Source: a virus
Virus record (IMG/VR): IMGVR_UViG_3300032190_000013
Location: 1-37,763 of that record
Reading direction: 5' to 3' (one strand)
Length of the DNA: 37,763 bases
Positions 32,168-37,763 of this stretch are shown one piece after another; position 1 is the stretch's first letter; every line of letters begins with the position of its first letter. A program made the position numbers and the translations under genes. Under the pieces are notes generated by a model. It saw only the letters and a program-made list of their open reading frames with translations, made no database searches and was not told the origin of the DNA.

Positions 32168-32348
32168 TATTCCACCTCCGGTTTGAAGGGTAAAGAGATT
32201 CGATGAAGTCTTTAACCTCGTTGAACACCTGCTTGATTTCTTCAGGAGCGCCTTCTTTTAGTTTCCACGTGAATCTTTCGCCTCGGTCGCGCGCTTCTTC
32301 GTCAATTTCAATCCAATCGTAAAACCCTTCCGGAAGAGCAAATATCAT
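32154..32348 (-). CDS. Small acidic protein (64 aa) coupled to the MuF-HExxH gene
   Basis: ATG 32348 overlaps the upstream stop (ATGA). Translation is MIFALPEGFYDWIEIDEEARDRGERFTWKLKEGAPEEIKQVFNEVKDFIESLY... Confidence 0.55.
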   Translation of the reverse strand: MIFALPEGFYDWIEIDEEARDRGERFTWKLKEGAPEEIKQVFNEVKDFIESLYPSNRRWNNGSS

Positions 32349-33961
32349 TTCAAAACCTCCTTTAACCACTTACGAAACTCTTTAATGATTTCGGCTTGCG
32401 GTGTCCCTTTGAATTTTGCCTCATCGAATCTAAGCGCTTGAGCCGCGAAAAGTTCAGCTAAACACTCTGAATGGCTATCGGCTGCATATCTTGAAACCGC
32501 GTGCTCTGCCATCGGGAATAGGTTTTTATCTTCCATCTTTTTAAGGAACTCAACAAAAGCCGTTTGTTTTCTCTTTTTAACCAAATAATACTCGACTCTA
32601 TGCCCGAATTCGTGATATATAACGTCAGTTATTTTGTCACAAACGGTGAATCCTCTTATTCCTCTTTCCGCTTTTTCTATCGCTTGCATATCTTTCCAAC
32701 GAGTACTTTTCAGCACTATCTTATCAATTTCGTCCGATGTATAGGCAATCACATATGGCTTGACTCTCTGCATTTGCTTCGTAACAAGTTCCTCAATCAC
32801 ATCATCTGAAACATCAGGATACCACCGTCTGTAAACTTCGCGCCACATGTCCCTTGAATATTTCGTCGGAATTACTCCGTTGAAATCTTTCCAAACTTGC
32901 GGATATTCTTCCTTTAAGCGACTTAGTACCTTATTTATTTCTTCGTGAACCTGCGGCTCAATGCCCCTATAATCGCATTCAACTCCAAGAACTTCGCGTG
33001 CGTATTCCTCCGGCGTCATCTTTTTCGGTTTTGGTTTGGAAGGAGTTAATGTTGGAATTTTTGCAACTGGTGCCATTGGAGGTCTTCTTGTTATCCCTTT
33101 GAGTAAGTTTTCTATCAACGTTATGTCCTGTTCTCGCTTCAAGGGTACCAGTTTCTCATCTCGGGAAACCATACGCTCATACTGCCTTGAATCAAGCCAT
33201 TTACTTGCCTTGTCGTAGATTGTGAACGGTACTAAATGAGAACGGCAATTAACGTGAAGAGGAGGCGAGTTAAGCGCAATCATAGTTGGATCGCTCGCTG
33301 GGATAACCATCTTATGACGCGCGCGGCACATCGGAGTCGTTAAATCATCAAGAACCGCTATAAACTCATAGCCTTGAATCACTTCGGAATCATAAGTTGA
33401 AATTAGCTCTCCAACCACATAAGCCCTAGTTGTTTCGGTTACCGCGATGGCATTAGCGCGAGCTTTGGCAATGTTAAACTTCGTTTGAACGGTGTCGCGT
33501 ATTTCTTTAAGGGGTTTCCCTTGCCAAATCAACCCTCGCAGCTCCTCAGTGATTTTATCTGCAAATTCGGCATAACTTTCAGCCAACTCAACCGTGTAAT
33601 CTTGAAGGAACTCATCAACAAACGGTGAGGGCTTCAAGAAATCCGGTTCTCCTTCCAACGCGTTAATCGGGGCAGAACCGGTATATTGCTTCAATTTCAA
33701 AATTGAAAGAATTTCCTCTGTACTCCAACGCTCGGAAAGTTTCTTTTCGTTCTCAATGCCTAGATATTTACGCATGTAATACCTTTGAAGTCCTGCAACC
33801 AGCAAATACAGAGCACGAAATACTGTGTACAGCTTTACCGGGTCACATCTAATTATTTCGCCCTGAGCAATTTTCTCTAGAGAAGGGAATTCAAATGCTT
33901 CGAGGGCTGCTTTTTCAGCTGAACGTTGAATCCTAAGTGCCGTTCCCAGCGGGATTCTCAT
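32345..33961 (-). CDS. MuF / SPP1 gp7-like head morphogenesis protein fused to a C-terminal HExxH (zincin-like) domain
   Basis: MuF core is AIAVTETTRAY...LDDLTTPMCRARHKM...PPLHVNCRSHLVPF. A Pro/Lys linker follows, then about 220 aa containing HEFGH (encoded at 32600-32614) and SECLAELFA. Confidence 0.85.
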   Translation of the reverse strand: MRIPLGTALRIQRSAEKAALEAFEFPSLEKIAQGEIIRCDPVKLYTVFRALYLLVAGLQRYYMRKYLGIENEKKLSERWSTEEILSILKLKQYTGSAPINALEGEPDFLKPSPFVDEFLQDYTVELAESYAEFADKITEELRGLIWQGKPLKEIRDTVQTKFNIAKARANAIAVTETTRAYVVGELISTYDSEVIQGYEFIAVLDDLTTPMCRARHKMVIPASDPTMIALNSPPLHVNCRSHLVPFTIYDKASKWLDSRQYERMVSRDEKLVPLKREQDITLIENLLKGITRRPPMAPVAKIPTLTPSKPKPKKMTPEEYAREVLGVECDYRGIEPQVHEEINKVLSRLKEEYPQVWKDFNGVIPTKYSRDMWREVYRRWYPDVSDDVIEELVTKQMQRVKPYVIAYTSDEIDKIVLKSTRWKDMQAIEKAERGIRGFTVCDKITDVIYHEFGHRVEYYLVKKRKQTAFVEFLKKMEDKNLFPMAEHAVSRYAADSHSECLAELFAAQALRFDEAKFKGTPQAEIIKEFRKWLKEVLK

Positions 33962-35112
33962 TTTTGCTCACCTTCTGGTAACCTCAGCATTGCCCGGATC
34001 CATTTGTTGTCTGCTAGTGGATCAAGGACTCCGGCGTTTATCAAGTCGAGGATGACCTTTGCGTTTTGCGCGCGCTCCTCAGGATTCGGCTCGTCTGAAA
34101 TAGCGAACTCGCCATAGGACTCTTGCTCACCGAAATTGAATACGATCAGTCGGTAAATCACTTGATCTATGAATTCTTTTGCGAGCTGGTCAGCTAAATT
34201 GCGAGCTACGTTCTGGAACATCTTATAGTGGACCGTTCCAAGTGCGTAAGCTCCTGCCTGATTCGTGTTCCCTAAGAGAAGATTCGGCAGCCCGAAGTTT
34301 CTGAATATCATGACATTCAGATATTCAATGGCAGTCTTAAACACCTCTGAGAAGTGCTGCCCACCTATTGATGGTTGAAGGAATGAAATTTCAGTTCTGT
34401 CATCGGTCGCGATGCTTGTCTGCGTGTGTATGTTTGCTAGCGCTTTATTGAGCAACTTAACGCTGGTTGTCTCTGCGCCGCTTTCGTCTTTAACCCTTAC
34501 GTTTGGAGTTCTTCCCCAAACGGTGGGCATAGCGAATCTTTCAACACCGATAGCCCAATTCTTTATGAAGGCTTTTTTGATACTCCAGGGTCTGTATACC
34601 CTACGAAGATAGCTTTCACCATATACGCCATTGCCTACTCTGAAAACAATTGCCTTTTCTAGTGGAATTTCAGCAGTCTTGTCTCTTATCTGCTGTTTGA
34701 TTTCCACGAGTTCTCCGTCTTTAGCAACGAGCGTTAAATAATAGCTGTCGTAAACCGGAATTCTATCCAGTAAAATTTTTCCGTCCTCAATTCGCCAAAC
34801 CTGTTCACCGGCTGACCAGCCATATGCGAATGCGTTCTTTAGAAGTTCGTGGAATATCAGCGACAGATCTCTATCCAGGTTCTCAAGGTTATTGCGCACA
34901 AACTCCGCTATTTTCTCATCCGGGTGGCTGTACTCTCCTATAAATCCCAAAACTGCATTGGTCAGGTATAGAATCGCGGCACTAACGGTTTCGTCCTTTA
35001 ACATCTCCTTGAAGGTCTCCCTGCCTATTTCCTGAACCTCAAATACCTCACCGCTATTTACCGCGTAACCGAAACCAAGTTGCTTTTCTAAATCCTTTGG
35101 CTTTTTCGGCAT
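33958..35112 (-). CDS. Portal protein (Mu gp29/DUF935-like)
   Basis: 384-aa ORF between TerL and MuF. RBS aaggaggcatgaaacATG. Confidence 0.75.
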   Translation of the reverse strand: MPKKPKDLEKQLGFGYAVNSGEVFEVQEIGRETFKEMLKDETVSAAILYLTNAVLGFIGEYSHPDEKIAEFVRNNLENLDRDLSLIFHELLKNAFAYGWSAGEQVWRIEDGKILLDRIPVYDSYYLTLVAKDGELVEIKQQIRDKTAEIPLEKAIVFRVGNGVYGESYLRRVYRPWSIKKAFIKNWAIGVERFAMPTVWGRTPNVRVKDESGAETTSVKLLNKALANIHTQTSIATDDRTEISFLQPSIGGQHFSEVFKTAIEYLNVMIFRNFGLPNLLLGNTNQAGAYALGTVHYKMFQNVARNLADQLAKEFIDQVIYRLIVFNFGEQESYGEFAISDEPNPEERAQNAKVILDLINAGVLDPLADNKWIRAMLRLPEGEQK

Positions 35113-35125
35113 GTTTCATGCCTCC

Positions 35126-36364
35126 TTATGCATCTCTTCTGGTGTAAAACTCTGGGATAGAACCGTTACAATAACCCCATGTAGCAAGTGCCAGAGCTAT
35201 CACACAGTCATCGTGATAACCATCGGGAGCATTCATCTTCAAATTGCCTGACGGGCTTATCTGGTATTCGAATATCTCGAGTTCGTTGATAAGATCTGGG
35301 ATATCATCGTAGTGAATTTTTTCCTGCTCAATTGCAAGCGAAAGGTTGTTTATAAGCTGTCTCTTCGTACTCGGGTTAAATTTGAACCCTTCAACGTCCA
35401 GACCTTCGTATCTCAGATCCTCAAAAATTGGGTCGCCAACTCCTGTGCTGTCAATGATTATCTTTCCAGGATAATCGCGGTAAACACTTTTGATCCTTTC
35501 CTTCTGCAAATTCCAGTCGATTTGGTTGAACCTATCGAAATAGACCAAATTACCGTCTCTATCCAGCACAGCAATAACCGTGAAATCCATATATTTCGCA
35601 AGATCGACCCCAATAAAAAAAGACTCTCCAGGTCGTGCACTGCGAAGAGTCTTTCTTATTAGCTTTCGCACACCACGGAAGACACCGCCTGTATCATCAA
35701 GAAATTCAGCCAGATATTCCTGCCGAAAAGCCCGTTCAGGTAATGTCCTTTTTGCTTCTTCTATTTCCTCAGGGCTTATGTACGGATTGTCAGAAGTAGG
35801 ATGTTGCCAGGATTGATACTCTGGAAATTTTGGATCTTGGCCCCTGGTCCACAGCCTAAAGAACCAGTTTTTACCCTTTGGAGTGCTAATAATAATTGCT
35901 CTACCGTGTTTATCCGAGAGCGTGGGCCTAAGTTGCTCATTCCACACAGATTCCTTTATTCTTGCAGCCTCATCTATGATGAGAAGATCCAGCCCTTCAC
36001 CCACGAGAGAATCTGGGTTGTCTGCTGATTTTCCGACAATTTCAGTTCCAAAATTGGTAATGATCCTCATTTCGGATTTAGAATTCACACAACGGCCTTC
36101 AGCTTTCCATAGGAAGTGCCGAGGCCTTACGTACCTATAAACCTCTCTAAAAACCTTTTGAGCCAATTCATATGTCGGAGCGACCACCCAAACCATCTTG
36201 TTTTTCATAAAAACGTATGGGAGGATCTCAATAGCTGAATACAAAGATTTCCCCCATCTCCTGCCATTGCAGAGAATTTTGAATCTCGCATCCGACATAA
36301 ACGCTTCATATTGGCCTGGGTGAGGCTTGAAACCTATATCTTTCAAGAATTGCTCTTTGTTCAT
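35126..36364 (-). CDS. terL: Terminase large subunit
   Basis: Walker A-like CNGRRWGKS, Walker B LLIIDEAARI and a C-terminal nuclease-type region ending DGYHDDCVIALALA. Confidence 0.9.
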   Translation of the reverse strand: MNKEQFLKDIGFKPHPGQYEAFMSDARFKILCNGRRWGKSLYSAIEILPYVFMKNKMVWVVAPTYELAQKVFREVYRYVRPRHFLWKAEGRCVNSKSEMRIITNFGTEIVGKSADNPDSLVGEGLDLLIIDEAARIKESVWNEQLRPTLSDKHGRAIIISTPKGKNWFFRLWTRGQDPKFPEYQSWQHPTSDNPYISPEEIEEAKRTLPERAFRQEYLAEFLDDTGGVFRGVRKLIRKTLRSARPGESFFIGVDLAKYMDFTVIAVLDRDGNLVYFDRFNQIDWNLQKERIKSVYRDYPGKIIIDSTGVGDPIFEDLRYEGLDVEGFKFNPSTKRQLINNLSLAIEQEKIHYDDIPDLINELEIFEYQISPSGNLKMNAPDGYHDDCVIALALATWGYCNGSIPEFYTRRDA

Positions 36365-36786
36365 TTTTCCAGTCCCCAGCGGTCTGCAATGGCTTTCAGA
36401 AGATCTTCAGCAGTGGTCGCGCCGGCTCCTGAGTTCTTGAGTTTTAGATTTATACCTTTAAGAAGCCTGTCGTAAATCTGGAGTTTTGCCTGTTTTGGGA
36501 GTTCCGGATCTCTAAACCACTTGAAAAGCTCTTCGTTCATTTCATCCAGCTTTTGAAGGTCATCCGGGATAGTTTTTTGAATATGTTCCTGAACAATTGT
36601 TTTAGAGATCTCAGCTCGTTCTTCACGAACCGTCTTTAGGAAGTTAGCAATTGCTGTTTTACTGATGCTTATTCCCTTTTCTTCTTTCAACGCTTTCGAT
36701 ATTTTGCTGGAAGACATACCCTCGGCATATTTTTTGAGGACGTAGTCTTCCAGTTCATATTGCTCGATTTTACTAGGCCTGGGCAT
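36361..36786 (-). CDS. terS: Terminase small subunit (HTH)
   Basis: ATG 36786 with RBS gaggtggaagcATG. HTH is GMSSSKISKALKEEKGISISKTAIANFLK. ATGA overlap with terL. Confidence 0.8.
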   Translation of the reverse strand: MPRPSKIEQYELEDYVLKKYAEGMSSSKISKALKEEKGISISKTAIANFLKTVREERAEISKTIVQEHIQKTIPDDLQKLDEMNEELFKWFRDPELPKQAKLQIYDRLLKGINLKLKNSGAGATTAEDLLKAIADRWGLEK

Positions 36787-36810
36787 GCTTCCACCTCGCT
36801 TTCGTTCAGA

Positions 36811-36845
36811 TATGGAAAGGTATGGCAAGGTATTTAACTTGTCAA
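36811..36845 (-). promoter_or_regulatory. Late-promoter-like region: TTGACA plus 10-bp tandem repeats upstream of terS
   Basis: Minus strand reads TTGACA (36845-36840) agttaa ATACCTTgCC ATACCTTtCC ATA. There is no good -10 at 17 nt (TACCTT). Confidence 0.35.
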
Positions 36846-36872
36846 CGCAAAAACAAAAGGCCCCGAAGGGCC
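36846..36872 (-). terminator. Terminator hairpin T3 (UUCG tetraloop) upstream of terS
   Basis: Minus strand reads ggccc-uucg-gggcc followed by ttttgttttt. Confidence 0.6.
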
Positions 36873-36884
36873 TGTGAATTTTAA

Positions 36885-36911
36885 TAAAAAAGCCCGGAGC
36901 AGCCACTCCGG
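36885..36911 (-). terminator. Terminator hairpin T2
   Basis: Minus strand reads ccggag-tggctg-ctccgg followed by gcttttttatt. Confidence 0.6.
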
Positions 36912-36952
36912 TTAAAAGAATCCAAAAGGATTATATTGCATAATTTGTCAAC

Positions 36953-36974
36953 AAAAAACCCGCCTTTCGGCGGG
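36953..36974 (-). terminator. Terminator hairpin T1 (GAAA tetraloop) ending the two-gene cassette
   Basis: Minus strand reads cccgcc-gaaa-ggcggg followed by ttttttg. Confidence 0.7.
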
Positions 36975-36978
36975 CGAA

Positions 36979-37004
36979 GGAGCGTCTAAAATGAGATTAG
37001 AGAT
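36979..37004. repeat. Inverted repeat IR1, right copy (partner 155..180)
   Basis: ggagcgtctaaaatgagattagagat on the plus strand carries an SD plus ATG (36991). This opens a 26-codon plus-strand ORF, MRLEILLFYLFYSIFYIAEKFTNSCF (36991-37071), antisense to the 3' end of gene B. Confidence 0.85.
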
Positions 37005-37008
37005 ACTT

Positions 37009-37506
37009 TTATTCTACCTCTTCTATAGCATTTTTTACATAGCTGAAAAATTCACCAACAGTTGCTTTTAATTCTGGACGTTCCAAATCTCTCTTTAACA
37101 AGAAGAAAGTTTCTGATATATCATCTTTGAGTTTTACGCTTTCTGTCCAATATACTCTTACTCTGACAAGAATGTCATCCTTAGATTCTTTCAAGATGAT
37201 CCCAAAGTCAACTCTCTTACCTTGATACTTAGTACATAACAAAATCGGTACTGATTCAGTAACCACTTTTGCTAGTGTCATTGACGGCTTTACAACACCA
37301 ATTATTTTGAAACTATCTAGGAAAGACCTCAGGTAAGGAATCAGTTTATAGTCAATATCCTCCCATGTCAAGTCTCTTGAAAGATACTCTTCAAGTGCAT
37401 TTCTTATAAGCTCGGTAGTCGATGAACCCTTTCTTTTTCTGAGGATCCAACCAATTTTTTCTTGAGTTTTCTCATCGATCCTCACATTTACCATCTTTGT
37501 CTTCAT
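37009..37506 (-). CDS. Ribbon-helix-helix (CopG/Arc-like) domain protein with an unknown ~120-aa C-terminal domain (cassette gene B)
   Basis: ATG 37506 with RBS ggaggtggaggc. N-terminal VNVRIDEKTQEKIGWILRKRKGSSTTELIRNALEEYL fits the RHH strand-helix-helix pattern. Confidence 0.65.
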   Translation of the reverse strand: MKTKMVNVRIDEKTQEKIGWILRKRKGSSTTELIRNALEEYLSRDLTWEDIDYKLIPYLRSFLDSFKIIGVVKPSMTLAKVVTESVPILLCTKYQGKRVDFGIILKESKDDILVRVRVYWTESVKLKDDISETFFLLKRDLERPELKATVGEFFSYVKNAIEEVE

Positions 37507-37552
37507 GCCTCCACCTCCCTCAAAAAAAAAAGCAGCCAAGGGGAGGCAAGTG

Positions 37553-37763
37553 TTATATCTTCAAAAGCTCGAATTCAGTCAGATTTTTAACGATTAGAAC
37601 ACTTTCTTGATTTGTCTCCTTCAAGAACCACCTGAAAACCTCTTTGAGCTTTTCTAATTTTTCTTCAGCTGTTTCATCTGGGGTCATTATCAAAAACATC
37701 ACCGAATCTTCCAGTATCAGTTCATGTTTTTTGTTACGATAGATTCCTTTTAAATTGTTAAAG
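37553..37763 (-). CDS. C-terminal part of cassette gene A (continuation of 1..168 across the junction; 37709-37763 duplicates 1-55)
   Basis: The frame continues ...DSVMFLIMTPDETAEEKLEKLKEVFRWFLKETNQESVLIVKNLTEFELLKI and stops with TAA at 37555-37553. Confidence 0.7.
   Translation of the reverse strand, partial: FNNLKGIYRNKKHELILEDSVMFLIMTPDETAEEKLEKLKEVFRWFLKETNQESVLIVKNLTEFELLKI
37709..37763. repeat. 55-nt terminal direct repeat, identical to 1..55
   Basis: Exact identity, read directly from the sequence. Confidence 0.9.

Noticed and set aside
36930-36951. TTGACA...TATAAT downstream of T1 as a functional promoter for the late genes
   Set aside because: Only 10 nt separate the hexamers, and two further terminators lie between it and terS. 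I treat it as a degenerate duplicate of P1 (see findings).

Overview
The window looks like one complete, circularly closed temperate phage genome with siphovirus-type organisation. The first 55 nt (1-55) are identical to the last 55 nt (37709-37763), giving a 37,708-bp unit, and joining the ends restores a minus-strand ORF in frame.

Nearly all genes are on the minus strand. The exception is a plus-strand lysogeny/moron island at 8661-12227:
- a LexA/cI-like S24 repressor
- a frameshifted secreted DUF4352-like gene
- a HicB/HicA-like pair with its own promoter and terminator
- a large serine recombinase, with a candidate attP between two convergent terminators

Minus-strand early operon (8523 down to 376):
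- Cro-like HTH protein and a small HExxH protein
- YqaJ-like exonuclease and RecT
- replication initiator carrying nine 12-bp iterons, an A/T-only tract and a hairpin (ori-like)
- G39P-like helicase loader and SSB
- several small unknown genes, including a tandem paralogue pair
- a sigma-70 region-4-like late activator and a membrane protein

Minus-strand late operon (36786 down to 14562):
- TerS, TerL and a Mu gp29-like portal
- a MuF/SPP1 gp7-like head protein fused to a C-terminal HExxH domain, followed by a small acidic ORF
- Mu gpI-like protease/scaffold, decoration protein and lambda gpE-like major capsid protein
- connector proteins, major tail protein and tail chaperone (its extension ORF is in the +1 frame)
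- tape measure, Dit-like and Tal-like proteins
- a 956-aa double beta-propeller fibre candidate and a small paralogue of its C-terminal domain

A terminator follows, then a calcineurin-like metallophosphoesterase and a lysis cassette with a GH73 endolysin flanked by two membrane proteins.

The most unusual locus is a transcriptionally insulated two-gene cassette spanning the circular junction (36953-37763 plus 1-320). It has a consensus promoter, a 107-aa unknown protein and a 165-aa ribbon-helix-helix-domain protein. It is bracketed by terminators and by a 26-bp (24/26) inverted repeat that duplicates the RBS and first five codons of the first gene.

I saw no rRNA, tRNA or CRISPR array. All family assignments rest on motif recognition by eye and need profile or structure searches.
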